From the NCBI RefSeq assembly GCF_964213995.1, contig NC_135823.1, positions 1,488,001-1,552,000 on the forward strand: a stretch of 64,000 bases of DNA, read 5' to 3'. Shown here in pieces: positions 48,385 through 62,610 of this stretch; within the stretch, counting starts at the first letter, position 1; every line of letters begins with the position of its first letter. The position numbers were made by a program, and so were the translations under genes. The notes beneath the pieces were generated by a model that saw only the letters and a list, made by a program, of their open reading frames with translations, did no database searches and was not told where the DNA came from. The DNA is from Mustelus asterias (lineage: Eukaryota).

Positions 48385-51300
48385 AATAAGAACAAAGAAC
48401 AGTACAGCACAGGAGCTGACCCTTCCGCCCACCAAGTCTGTGCCAACACAGATGCCTCCCCAATCGATTATGTTCTTGCCTCTACGTGGTCCTTGTCCCG
48501 CCATTCCGTGCCAATTCATGTATCTATCGAGATGCCCCTTCAATCTGCTTCCACCACCTCCTGCGGAAACTGGTTCCAGACATTCACCACCTTCTGTGAA
48601 AAACTTTCCCCTTCAATCTCTTTTAAAACTTTCCCCTCTCACTTTCAACCTTTGCTCACGAGTAATTGATCCTTCGAATCTTGGAAAAATACTCTGATTA
48701 CCCATTCTGTCCAAGCCTATCCTAATCTTGTAAACTTCTAACTGGTCCCCCCTCATCCTCCAATGAAAACAATCCAACTTTGTTCAAACATTCTTCATAG
48801 TCCCTACTCTCCAAACCAGGCAGCATCCTCTTCTCCACCCCTTCCAATGCACGACCATGCCTCCGGTAATGTGGCGATCAGAATTGTACACAATACTCCA
48901 AATGCGGCGTAACTATAGTCTTATACAGCTGCAATTTCATTTTCCAATTCCTATACTCAACAGCCCAACTGACGAAGGCCAGCATGCCATGTGTCATCTT
49001 GACCACCCTAACTACCTGAGCAGCCACCTTCGCAGAACTGTGGATCTGCATGCGTGAATCCCTCTGCATGCTCATATTTCTAAGGCTCTATCATTTACTG
49101 CATACTTTTCTTCTGCAATGGACCTTCCAAATTGCATCACCTCACATTTGTCCTGGTTAGATTCCATCTGTCATCTTTCGGCGCAGATCTCCAACCAATT
49201 TATGTCCTGCTGTTTCCTCCAGCAATCCTCCTCACTATCCGCTTATCCCCCAATTTTTGTATCATCTGCAAATTTACAAATCAGATCACCTACATTTTCC
49301 TCCAAGTCATTTACATATATTATAAACAACAGAAGCCCCAGCACTGATCCTTGTGGAAAACCGCTTGTCACAGACTTCCAGTTAGAAAAGTGCCCTTCCA
49401 CTGCTAGTCTGCTTTCTATGTCCCAGCAGGTTTGTATCAATTTTACAGGAACACCTCGGATCCCGGCTTCACCTTCTGCATCGCCTGCCACGAAGAACCT
49501 TGTCTAAGGCTTTACTAAATTCCATATATGCAACATCCACTGCCTCACCCTCTTCATTTTTTCTTCTCACTTTCTCAAAGAGCTCAATCAAGTTCATGAG
49601 ACACGACCAGCCCTTCACAAATCTATGCTGCCTATTTTCTTGCAGCTGAGTGTACATCCTGTCCCTAAGAATCTTCTCCAATAATTTCCTCACCACTGAT
49701 GCAAGGATCACAGGCCTGTAATTCCCCGAATTGTCTCTTCTGCCCTTCTTAATCAAAGGGAAAATGTTAGTTACTCTCCAGTCCTCTGGTACCTCGCCCG
49801 TGGCTAAACACGATACAGAGATTTTGGCCAAGGCCTCAGCAATTTCTTCCCTCACCTCTCTCAGTATACTGGCGCATACCTATCTTACCCTGAGGACTTG
49901 TCCACCTTAATGTTTTTTTCAAAATCTCTATTACGCCCTCTCGTTTTACATCAACATGTCGTAGGTTGTCAACATTTTCATTTCTGCACTCACCATCCAC
50001 AACATCCTTCTCCTTTGTGAATACTAATACAAAGCATTCGTTAAGAAGCTCGCCCACCTCATCTTGCTCCACGCACAAAACCCCTCCACTGTACTTGAGT
50101 GCACATTCCCTTTCCTGAGTTACCGTCTTCCGCTTTATATAAGCATTAAAAGCCTTGGGATTGTCGTTAATCCTACCTGCCAAGGACACTTCGTGGCCTG
50201 TTTGTGACCTCTTAAGTTCCTGCTTAATCTCTTTCCTGCTATCTTGGTATTCCTCAAGAACATTACGCTGAAATTTATGTATGCCTCCTTCTTGGTTTTC
50301 ACTAAGCTCATAATCTTTCTTGTCAACTAGGGTTCTGGAATGTTGCCAATTTATCCTTCACTTTCAGATGGACATACATGCCCTGAATTATTAACAACTG
50401 ACTTTTAAAAGACTCTCACATATCAGATGTGGATTTACCCTCAAACAGCCGTCCCCAGTCAACGTTCCCGAGCTCCTGCCAAATATTGCCACAGGTAATC
50501 CTCCCCCAGTTTAGCACTTGCAAAGTGGGACTACTTCTATCCTTTTGTACAAGTAGCTTAAAACTTATAAAATTGTGATCACTGTTCCCAAAATGGTCCC
50601 CCAGTGAGACATCGGTCAACTCTCCGGGCTCGTTTCCCCGAACCAGGTCTAAGATAGTTCCTTCTCAGTTGGATTATCTACATAATGCCCCAGGACATAC
50701 TCTTGGACATACACTGGACAAACACTGCCCCATCCAAGCCCCTGGCACTAAATGAATACAAGTCTATGTTGGGGAAGTTAAAATCGCTCATGAAAACCAC
50801 CGGTTGTTTTTACTTCTTCCCATACCCTGCTGACATTTCGGTTCCTCCACTTCATGCTGGCTTTTGGGAGGTCTGTAGTACAATGCCAACAGTATGATTG
50901 CACCACTCCTCCTGAATTCTACCAATATATCCTCACTGCATGATCCTACCAAGGTGTCTTCCCTCTGCAAAGCTGTGACACTCTCCCTAAGTAGTACAGC
51001 AACACCCCCAGCGCTTTTTTCACCCTCTCTATCTCACCTGAAGCATGTACACCTTGGAATGCTTCCTTTGAACTCCAGTGAATGACGGCCAGAAAGATAT
51101 GGATGCTCGTGCTTCCGGTAATGTGGCGATCAGAATTGTACACAATACTCCAAATGCGGCCTAACCATAGTCTTGTACAGCTGCAAGATGATTTTCCAAT
51201 TACTATACTCAACAGCCCAACTAACGAAGTCTAGTGCTTCCCTTCTTTCTTCCAAGTCTCGGTAATTGCCACTTCATAGTTCAATAGCAATCCAAGGTTT

Positions 51301-51520
51301 AAGTTCATCAATCTTGCTTGTCATACTCTTGGCGTTAAAGCAAACACACCTTAGACCATCTGTCCTGTCATGTTTTTGTACACTCTCTATGTGTTTAATT
51401 TCTCTTCGCCTTACTCTACTCATTCACTGCGTTCTCCACAGTCTGTGTACCCTGTACTGTGGCCCTTTTTGATTTTTGTCTTTGGTTCCTCTGTCTTCCA
51501 CTTTTCCCCTTACTGCCTTT
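48385..51520 (-). mobile_element. Long degraded CR1 ORF2 (APE endonuclease + RT)
   Basis: YYRPP, SDHN, YRPV.L, FSKALDKV, PQGSVLG and FADDTK motifs across frames. Confidence 0.9.
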
Positions 51521-52179
51521 TGTTTCTGTCCCCACGGTCCGTGGCATGTGTGGGCAGCAATCAAGACAATAGCTTCCAGCTTTGCAACATTAAATTGGAA
51601 AAGATTTATACTTATACTAAATGACAGGCAAGATTTTTTTTTAGTTGCCTATTCCTGGGGGCAATTGAGAGTCTTCTGTACTTCAATGTGCATCCTGCAC
51701 CCAGAGCAATATCCCGCATCGCTGGATTACTAGACCAGTAACAATCATATTCCGCCATTGCCTACCCACAGTGCGACACTTTAAGCATGGTGGACAGCCG
51801 TCTCCACACATACGAAAGGGTGCACTTAAATCGAATGAGCGCAGCAAATTCCATTAGCATTCGTTCCGGAGACGACAGGGTTGCTGTATAAGGAGAGGTT
51901 GGCTCGAATGGCCGTCATTCACTGGAGTTTAAAGGATTGCGTGCGGATTACATTGACATGTGTCAAATCCTGCAGGAGAGGACAGACTGGATGCAGTGAT
52001 GATGTGGCCCTTGCCTGGGGTGCCCTGGAAACAGGGTGACAATCTTAGGATGCGGGTAAGCCATTTTGCACAGAGAGGAGTGGACATTTCTTCACTCAGA
52101 GGGTGGTGAACGAGTGGAATTCATTGACATCGAAAGCTATGGAGGCCAGATCACTGAATATATTAAGTCATACTCCATA

Positions 52180-53750
52180 AGACCACAAGACCACGAGATA
52201 TAGGAGCAGAATTAGGTCATTCGGCCCGTCGACGGTGCTCTGCCATTCGATCGTGTCTGATAAGTTTCGCAACCCCATTCTCCCGGTATCCCCCGTAACC
52301 TTTGATATCCTTACCATTGCAGAACCTATCTATCTCTGTCTGAACTATACTCATGATGTGGAGGTGCCGGCGTTGGACTGGCGTGGGCACTGTAAGAAGT
52401 CTCACAACACCAGGTTAAAGTCCAACAGGTTTATTTGGAATCACGATTTTTCAGATCACCGCTCCTCCTTCAGGTGAGTGATTCGGTGACCTAACATCCA
52501 TAGCTTTCTGGCAATGAACTGCACAGATTTACCACAGTCTGTCTGAAGAAATTCCTTCTCATCTCAGTTCTAATGTGAGGACCCTTTACTTTGAGTTTGT
52601 GCCCTCCTGCTTTGTGTCTCTTCTACAAATGGAAACATCTTCCCCACGTCCACTCTATGCAGGCCTTTCAGTGTTCTGTAAGTTTCAATGAGATTTCTCC
52701 TTCGTCGTTCTAAACTCCATCGAGTACAGGCACTGTATCCTAAGACACTCCTCGTCTAAAAAGCTTTTGATTCCCGGGATCATTCTCGAGAACCACCTCT
52801 GGACACTCTCCAAGGACAAGCATAACATATCTTAGACATGGGGCCCAAAATTGCTCGCAGTTTTCCAAATCTGGCCTGACCACAGCCTTATAAAGCCTCA
52901 GCAGTACATCCCTTCTGTTCATAGAAACCCTAGAGTGCAGAAAGAGGCCATTTGGCCCATCGAGTCTGCACCAACCACAATCCCATCCAGGCCCTACCCT
53001 CTTATCCCGAACATATTTTACCCGCTAATCCCTCTAACCTCCGCATCTCAGGACACCAAGGGGCAATTTTAGCATGGCCAATCAACCTAACCCGCAGATC
53101 TTTGGACTGTGGGAGGAAACCGGAGCACCCGGAGGAAACCCACGCAGACATGACGAGAATGTGCAAACTCCACACAGACAGTGACCCAAGCCGGGAATCG
53201 AACCCAGGTCCCTTGAGCTGTGAAGCAGCAGTGCTAACCACTATGCTACCATGCTGCCCATACTCTGCTTCTCAAAATTATTGCCAACATTTCATTTGCA
53301 ATCCTAGCAACCAACTCAGTCTTGGGGTTGGGTGTGGGGGTGGGGGGGGGGGGGGTAGGATAGTACAGCGGTTAGCACTGCTGCATCACAGCGCCAGGGA
53401 CCCAGGTTGAATTATAGGTTTGGGTCACTGTCTGTGTGGAGTTTCCACATTCTCCCTGTATCTGCATGGATGTCCTCTGGGAGCTCCGGTTTCCTCCCAC
53501 AGTCCAAAGATGTATGGGTTAGATGGATTGGCTATGCTAAATAGCCCCTTAGTATCAGTGGGATGAACAGGATAAATGCATGGAGTTATGGGGATAGAGC
53601 CTGGGTGGGATTGGGATTGATGCAGACTCAATTGGCCGAATGGCCTCCTTCTGCACTTTAGGATTCTATGATTAAAAACCTGCAAGTCAACCTTATGAGA
53701 ATCCTGAACTCGGAGTCCCAGGATTCTTTGCGTTCCCAATTTACAATGCA
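52180..53750 (-). mobile_element. CR1 3' fragment fragmented by HE1 SINEs (52920-53258 -, 53355-53672 +) and a Penelope-like piece
   Basis: VVRPDLENCEQFWAP motif and SINE cores. Confidence 0.75.
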
Positions 53751-53968
53751 CAAACCCTGATAATCTTGTACACCCCAGACTTGAGGGAAGTTAACTTTGT
53801 GGAGACTAAAGGTTTCAAAAGTGTTGGAAGTTGGCGGGAGTGTGGTGTTGGCATAATGGATCATCCCTGACAAATGGGGCTGAATGGTCCACTTTTCAAT
53901 GTCGTTAATGTGTTAACTGACACTGCGCTTTTGGGTGATGCCTCAGATCTTGATTAAATGTCACTCAC

Positions 53969-54268
53969 CTGTCACTGTCACATGCACAACAGTGCTGCGT
54001 GGTGAGTGATAGGCGATCTGCTTTACAATTCGCGCATAGCCGCAGGAGTAACTCCATGACCCAGCAGTTATCATGTCATTGACGATGAAGGACGCCGCAT
54101 GGACAGCTCCGGATACATCCAGTGTCCCTTTCTTTTCACCATCACGGTAGAAGTAAAAGCGACCACCCGAGGGCAGAATAGCACCTGTGCAGGTAAGTCG
54201 TATGGGCTTCCCTTTCGTCACCACACCAGAATGTGGTTCCACGGAAATCGCAGCCCACGGGAGCTCCT
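53969..54268 (-). CDS. Second C2-type Ig domain exon of the same LRC-like gene
   Basis: Acceptor gtttaatttcag and donor ACAG|GTGAGT, 300 nt, phase 1/1, no stops. EELPWAAISVEPHSGVVTKGKPIRLTC...FYFYRDG...ASFIV...YSCGY...SPRSTVVHVTVT, with 48 residues between Cys. Confidence 0.9.
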
Positions 54269-55204
54269 CTGAAATTAAACAGTCAGAGACATTAGCACTC
54301 TACAGAACGTTGGAGCAGCAATTGATTCAGATATTGATGAACGAGAAGGACTAGAAGGTGGATATATGTGAGATATATTTTGTTTTCAGTAGCTTCTGCT
54401 GGAGTCATAGCATCGTGGACGTATACAGCATGGAATCAGGCCCTTCGGTAAACTCGTTCATGCCAACCAGGCTTCCTAAAACGGATTAGTCCCATTAGCC
54501 TCGGTTAGGTTCATATATCTCCAAACCTTTCCGATGCATGGTGGCACATTGACTAACACTGCTGCCTCACAGCACCAGGGACCCGGGATCAATTTCTGGC
54601 TTGCCTCACTGTCTGTGTTGAGTATGCACGTTCTCCCCCTGTCTGCTTGGGTTTCCTCTGGGTGCTCCAATTTCCTCCCACTGAAAGACGTGTTGGTTGT
54701 GTTGATTGGCCATGCTAAATTATCCCTCAGTGTACCCGAACAGGCGCATGAGTGTGGCGACTAGGGGATTTTCACAGTAACTTCATTGCAGTGTTAATGT
54801 TAGTTTACTTGTGAAACTAATAATTAATCTATCCATGTCTATGTCCAAATGTCTTTAAATGTTGCAATAATAGCCACTTCTACCACCTCCTCTGGTTGGT
54901 CATTCCATATACGTACCACCCTCTTTGAGAAGAAGTTAGATCTCTGGCCCCTTGAAATATTTCTCTCTCACTTTGAACCTGTGCCCCTCTAGTTTTGTAC
55001 TCCCCCTACCCTTGGGGAAAATGCCTTGTCTATTCACCTGATCTATGCCACTCACGATTTTATAAATCTCGATAAAGTTACCCCTCATCCTCCTATCCTC
55101 CAGGGAAAGCGGTCCCAACCTATCCAGCTTCTTCTTATAATTCAAAACTTCCAGCCCAGCTAAGATCCTTATGAATCTTTTTGCAGCCTTTCCAGTTCAA
55201 TAAC

Positions 55205-56330
55205 ATTGTCCACACAGTTCACCCCACCAGTTTTGGCTTTGAAAGTAGCATCCTCCACCATTTCTGCCATGATGCTACCACCAAAAACATCTCCCTCTCA
55301 GTCCCCCTGTCAGCAATCTGCAGGGAAGGTTGTCTCCATGATGATCTGGTCCACTCCTCCATCATCCCCAACTCCTCCTCCCCTGCACTCTATGCCTTTC
55401 CATACAATCACAGATGATGCAACACCCACGCATTTCGCTGCCCCTTCCACTCCATTCAAGTTCCCAAAAACGTATTTCAGGTGAAGCAGGATTTGACCTG
55501 TACTTCCATCAATTTTGTCTACTCTGAGTCTCTACTTTCTCAGAAGACGAAGGAAATTTGGCATGGCTACTCCGACTCTCACCAACTGATATTGATGCAC
55601 CATCGAAAGTATTATTTCTGGTTGGTATGGCTCCTCCTCTGCCCAGAACTGCAAGAAACTACAAAGGATGGTGAACGAAGCCCAGTCCCAACACGCAAAC
55701 CAGTCTCCCATCCATTGACTCTGTCTCCACTTCGCGCTGCCTCAGAAAAGCAGCCAGCATAATCACGGATCCAACGCACCCTGGACATATTCTCTTCCAC
55801 CTTCTTCCATTGGGTCTGAAGTCCTGTACCAAGCGATTCAAGAACAGTTTCTTCACTGCTGCCATCAGACCTTTCAATGGTCCTATCTTATATTGAACCG
55901 ATCTTTCTTTACACCCTAGCAATGACTGTAAATTTACATTCCACAATATCTCCTTTCCTTCTCCATGGACGGTATGCCTTGTGTGCGTCGCATGCAGGAC
56001 ACAATATTTTTCACTGCATCGCAGTAAATGTTGCAATAATAAATCAAATCAAATCAAATCAAATCCTCTACATGGAGGAGACTAAGCACTGACTGGGTGA
56101 TCGCTCCAAGGAACACCTTTGCTCAGTCCGCCCGCCAAAAGGACACAAATTTCCTGTTGCTTGCTGTTTCAATTCACCATCTTGCTCTCCTTCCCACATG
56201 CCCGACCGCGGTCTGCTGCCACCGCCCAGTATAGCCCAACGCAAACTGCAGGAGCAACACCACATCTTCTGATTAGACACGTTAAATCCTTCAAAGCTCA
56301 ACACTGAGTTCAACGCTGCACTCCATCTTG
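55205..56330 (+). mobile_element. Penelope-like element fragment (GIY-YIG) split by a Rex/Babar-like insertion
   Basis: VKQDLTCTSINFVY ... LYMEETKH*LGDRSKEHL resembles the PLE motif FTC.S.NLVY...YIGET.R.L..R..EH. Confidence 0.7.
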
Positions 56331-59129
56331 ACCCTCCTTTTCTGAGCCAATTTCCGAAAGTCATTTGTGCCCCAACACTCTGTCTCCCCACAGCATCATC
56401 TGTCACTTAGAAAGATAGAAACTAAAAGCAGGAGTAGGCCATTCGGCTCTTCGAGCCTGCTGAGCTATTCAGCTTTTCATTGTGATTATGGCTGATTATC
56501 AAATTCAATATCTTAATCCCCCTTGTCTCATATATTTCCTGATACCTTCAGCCCCAATAGCTATATCTAATTTCTTCTTGTAATCATGACGTGTTGTCCT
56601 GAACTACTTTCTGTGGCCATGAATTCCACACATTCACCACTCTCTGAGTGAAGAAATTTCTCCTCTTTGCCCTAAAGTTTTTTGCCCCTTGTGGGTGGTA
56701 CAGTGGCAAACAGCGCCAGAGAACTGTGTTCAATTCTGGTACCAGGTCAATGTGTGGGGTCTGCATATCTCCCCGTGGTTGTGTGGATTTCCTCTGCTTG
56801 TTCCTGTTTCCTCCCACAATCCAGGAATGTGCAGGTCAGGTGGATTGGCCATGGGAAATTGCCCCTTAGGGTCAGGGAGATTGGCAAAGTAAATACTTGG
56901 GGTTACGGGGATAGGGCCTGGGTGGGATTGTAGTTGGTTTTAGGCTCGATGGGCCCAATGGCCTCCTGCTGCACTGGAAGGATTATTTGTTTCTATGATT
57001 ATCCTCAAGCTGTGCCCCCGAGTTCTGTACTCACCCAACATCGGAAACATTGTTTCTGCCAAACAAATTTAGATTTTAAAAAATATCTATGAGGTACTTA
57101 AACTCCAATGAAGACAATCCCAACAGACTTAGTCATATGCCAAACTTGCCATCCCAGGAATCAGCCTGGTAAACCTTCGCTGTACTCCCTCTATGGCAAA
57201 AACATCCTTCCCCACACAATGACACTAAAACTGCACACAAACTCCAGGTGTCGCCTCACCAACTTATTTTGCTATTAACACGCTGTGCGATGTTACCTTT
57301 ACACCACTGTTACCACCTTCTTCAGTCTTTAAAATATTGTACTCACTTTGCCTGTGCCCATTATGTATTTTTGTCATATCACTCCTCTTTCCCACCTATC
57401 AGCTAACGTCTACGTCCCTCCACATGCTCCACTCCCATGTAACACAGTGTACTATCCATTATATTTATCTCTCTGTTCAATGTTAAGGAAGAGTCATACA
57501 TGCATTAAGCATTGACACTTTTTGTCTCTCCTTTGACTTATTTTAGCATTTTAATTTCTAATTTCCAACATCGACAGTGCTCTTCTTTTACGTGTGCAAG
57601 GACTTACAATCGATAATTAGATCACGTTGGGGCGACGTGGTGGCAGAATGGTTAGCACTGCAGCCTCACGGCACCAGGGACCTGGGTTCACTTCCTGCCT
57701 TGGGTGACGTTGTGGAATTTGTACATTCTCCCCATGTCTGCGTCGTGCAGGTTAGGTGGGTTAGCCACGCTACATTCGTCCTTTGTGTCCAAAGATCTGT
57801 ACGTTAGTGGCATTCGACGCATGAACATTAGGAATGGCTTTTTCCGGCCGTGCTCGGTGCGAAACCGGAAAATCTCGCCCAAGGTCACCGGACCTTTCCA
57901 TAGTCCACCTCTCGCCGCTACAATTCCCGTGGCCGACGGTATGGTAGACTGTGGCCCAATTACTCCAAATCTTGGACTCCAAAAATAGAACAAATGCGAT
58001 TGTTCAGAGTGAACTGCACTCAACGCCTCTACTTGCTCAGTCGGCTAGAAAAATTCAGCATGTCGTCGACGACTCCAATCAATTTTGGCAGATGCACCAT
58101 ATAAAGTATCCTTTCTAGATGTATCACAGCTTGGAATGACATCTGCTCTGTCCATGGCCCTAAAAAATCCCAAAGGGTTGTGAACGTAGCCCAGTCCATC
58201 TACACTTCCTGCTGCCCCAGAAAAACATCCAGCATAATCAATGGCCCCACGCACGCCAGACATCCTCACTTCCAAGTTTAAAGTTTGTTTATTAGTCGCA
58301 AGTCTGCTCACATGAGCACTACAATGAAGTTACTGTCGAAATCTCTGAGTCGACACAGTCCAACCGACGCCTGTTCGGGTATACTGAGGGAGAATTTAGC
58401 ATGGCCTGTACACCTAACCAGGGCACCTGGAGGAAACTCACGAAATCATGGGGAAAACGTGACAACTCCACACAGTGACCCGAGCTGGGAATTGAACCCG
58501 GGTCCCTGGCGCTGTGAGGCAGCAGTGCTAGCCACTGTGCCACGGTGCCGCCCCTGCTTTCACCCCATCCAACTCCTTCCTTCAGGAGATAGATACAAAC
58601 GTCTGAGAACCGACTCAAGAACAACTTCTTCCCTGCTGCCATCAGACTTTTGAATGGACCCACCTTATATTAAGCTGATCTTTCTCTACACCCGAACTGT
58701 ATATGTAGCATTCTGCATCCTCTCGTTTATTTCCCTATGTGCGATATTCTTTGTCTGTATAGCACGCAAGAAGCGATACTTTTCACTGTATCGACTCCCC
58801 TCCTCCCCTCCCCTCCTCCATTACCGTGTCAGCACTGAAGCAACGCTGTCCAGTTCTGCTGCGGAACAAAAACACAAACTTCCATCTGTCCGCAGAGGTA
58901 GATGCAGCCGTTCCTTCAGCCACTATTAGAACAAGAGCATTTGAGCATTCTCTAACTTCTATATACCTCATATACTGTGAATATAATGCTTTCTGGATTG
59001 TAAAAAACAGCTGAATGCGGACATGTTGAAGGAAAAGATCCGTTACAATCTGATTGAACAATCGTTCAAACTAGCATGACAGAATGGTCTGAGCCTGCTG
59101 CTGCTTCATGTAATCAGTGATCCCTGCAG

Positions 59130-60090
59130 GGAAGAAAAAGGCCATTCGGTCCATCGAGCCTGCACCAACTACTATACCACGCACGCCCAATTCCTGTAAC
59201 ACTCCATATTTGCCCTGCTAATCTTACTGACACAAAGGGCAAATTAACATGACCAATCTACCCACACTGCACATCTTTGGACACTAAAGGGCAATCTACC
59301 GTGGCCAATCAACCTAACCTAAACATCTCTGGACACTAAGGTGGAATCTGCATTTGCCAATCCAACGAAATTACACATCCTTAGACTCTATGGGGCAAGG
59401 GGCAATCTTCCATGGCCAATCAACATAACCTAAACATCTTTGGAAACTAAGGTGTAATTTAGCATGGCCAATCCACCTGACGTGCACATCTTTGAACATT
59501 GAGGGGCAATTCAAAATGGCCAAATAAGCTGACCTACACATCTTTGGACACTAAGGGACAATATAGCATTACCAATCCACCTAACCTCAACATCTTTTGA
59601 CTCGAAGGGGAAATTTAGCATGGCCAATCCACCAAACCTACACATCCTTCGAAAATAAGGGATAATTTAGCATGCCAATTCACCTAACGTACACATCTTT
59701 GGACACTAACGGCAATTTAGCATGACCAATCCACCTAACCTACACATCTTTGGACACCAAGGGGCCATTTAGCATGGCCAATCCACCTAACCTGCACACC
59801 ATTGGACTCTGGGAGGAAACCGGTGGATACAGAGGAAACTGTGTCGGTTAATTGCTAAATTACACATTAGAGTTCAAAGATGTGTAGGTTAGGTTGATTG
59901 GCTATGGCAGATTGACCCTCCAAAATGTGTCCAAAAATGTGCAGGTTAGGTTGAGTGGCCATGCTAAATTGCCCCACAGTGTCCAAAGATGTGCAGTGTA
60001 GGTAGATTTCTCGTGCTAATTTGCCCCTTAGTGTCAGTGAGATAAGTAGGGCAAAAAGGGGTGTTACAGGGATTGGGCCTGCGACACGGG
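59130..60090. repeat. HE1-derived 52-bp arrays in opposite orientations
   Basis: About 11 units (-) at 59230-59810, then units (+) at about 59850-60035. Confidence 0.85.
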
Positions 60091-61805
60091 CAGACGGTGT
60101 AAACTGCACAGAGACATTTATATTGTTTTTATGTGGCCTCTGGATGATGGTTCCCTTCAGTCAAGAGTGATGTGGATTATGCCTAATTTATAATTGCGGG
60201 AGCTGGTTGTGCACAGATTGAGCAGCATTTTACCAACATTACAAGTGCCATGTGATTTTCCAGTGGTGCAATGCTTTTGTAAAATTGGACACGTGGCTAT
60301 AGAATTGCAAATCTGACTATGAGTAGCAAAGAGGCGTTAAGTGCAAGATAGTCACAGTTTTACCGTGGCAGAATTCAATTAATGTCATTTCAGATATTGT
60401 GAGAATATGCAGGGGCTATTACTAAAAGTGGAAATTGGTGGCATTGTTTTAAATCTCTCCATTGTCTGTCCATTTGTTTTATGGAGGTTTATTATCGGGA
60501 CTTTAAAATTCTCCCAGCCTCTTGGTTATCTCGTTGGGTTCACTATGCTGCAATAATATATTACAACGTCACATAAGATTTTGATGCGATTTATTATTGT
60601 CATATGTACTGGCAAACAGTGAAAAGTACGGTTTTGCCTGCAATTCACATAAAGTGCAGCAGAGTGGCACAATGTCTCACAGCTCCAAGGACCCGGGTAT
60701 GATTCCTGGCCTGGGTGACTGTGCGGAGCCTGCACGTTCTCCATATGTCTGCGTGAGTTTCCTCCCTCCTCCCACAGTCCAAAAATGTGCTGGTTAGGTG
60801 CATTGGCCATGCTACATTGACTCTTCGTCTCCAAAGCTGTGCGGGTTAGGTGGATTGGCCATGCTAAATTACCTCTTACTATCCAACGATGTGTATTTCC
60901 TGCTGATTAGCCATGCTAAATTGCCCCTTATTATCCAAAGATGAGTCGGTTAGGTGTGTTGGCCACGTTGGTTTTGAGGATTCAAACCCTCCATGCCAGC
61001 TAACGCCTGTAACCAACCACACCCTGCTAGATACTCTGGAACGAGAGGTGAAGTGGCTATACATTTGTCATTCGTTCATGGGACATGGATGCCGCTGGCT
61101 GACCAGTATTTATTGCCCAACCTTAGTTGCCCTTCAACTGAGTGGTATGCTCAGAGGGAAAGGAGAGGGCAATTGAGAGTCAACCACATTGCTATGGATC
61201 TTAAGTCACATGTATGCCAGTCAAGGTAAGGACGGATGTTATAATCCATTCCAATGATATCTACTTCTGAATTCGAAATACTATATAACCCAACTTCTGA
61301 ACTCCTGGTGGGACGAAAAAACATCAGGTTCACTAATATTAGTGCATAATATTAGAGAGAGATTGTATCTAATCCCAGTCTTAAGTCAAATTGGAATAGT
61401 CAGGTATCCCAGCTCGCCTTGTCCCCGGCTCTATTACTTGGAAGGGCCATGTGAGAGTGATCAGAAAACTTTACAAAATGGGCCTTTTGAGATTCAGCAT
61501 TAATGGCCAAAAGCAGGATTTGACCTAAAGGAGGCAATTAACCCGGATAATCCTTTCTTCCGGGTCAGAACATGGGAAACTTGGGATCATTTAAATTCTT
61601 AAGAGAAGTAACGCAGAAATGGGAACATAAAAACCAAAAAACAAACGATGTTACAAAAACACAGCAGGCTTCGCAGCACACGAAGTGCTGTCCGTTGCAA
61701 TCCTAGGCGAGAATCACTGTTTTTGAAACTGAGATGACAGCCTGGGGACTTCGCCATGTGGGTAACACTTAGGCTAACACAATGAATTGAATTGGTTTAT
61801 TTATT

Positions 61806-62610
61806 CATAGAGTAAAAGAGTCATAGAAGGTTATAGCATGGAAACATGCCCTTTGGCCCAACTTGTCCATGACGACCTTTCGTTTTCAACCCGAAGCTAG
61901 TCCCAATTGCCTGCATTTGGTCCCTATCCCTCCATGACCATCTTACCGATGTAACTGTCTAAATGTTTTTTAAAGGACAATATTGTACACCTCTGCTACT
62001 ACCTCTGGCAGCTTGTTCCAGACACTCACCACCCCCTGTGCGAAACAAAATGCCCGTCTGGATACTTTTGTATCACTCCCCTCTCACCTTAAATCTATGC
62101 CCTCTAGGTTTAGACTCCCCAACCTTTGGCAAAATATGTTGGCTTTCTCGCTGATCTATGCCCCTCATTATTTTATAGACCTCCATAAAGTCACCCCTTA
62201 GCCTTCTACGATCGAGAGAAAAAAGTCCCAGTCTATCCAGCCTCTCTTTATAACTTAAACTATCAAGTACCAGTAGCATCCTAATAAATCTTTTCTGTAC
62301 TTTGTCTCGTTTAATAATATGCTTTCAATATTGGGTGACCAGAACTGTACACAGTATTCCAAGTGTGGCCTTAACAATGCCTTGTACAACTTCAACAAGA
62401 CGTCCCAACTCCTGTATTCAGTGTTCTGACGAATGAAACCAAGCATGCTGAATGCCTTCTTCACCACTCTGTCCACTCGTGACTCCACTTTCAAGGAGCC
62501 ATGGACATGTACCGCTCGATTCTTTTTGTTCTGTAACTCTCCCCAAAACCTACCATTAACTGAGTAAGTCCCGCCCTGGTTCAATGTACCAAAATGCATC
62601 ACCTCACATT
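61806..62610 (-). mobile_element. CR1 3' fragment (same family as 298-1290)
   Basis: LLRPHLEYCVQFWSP and SYKERLDRLGLFSL motifs. Confidence 0.9.
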
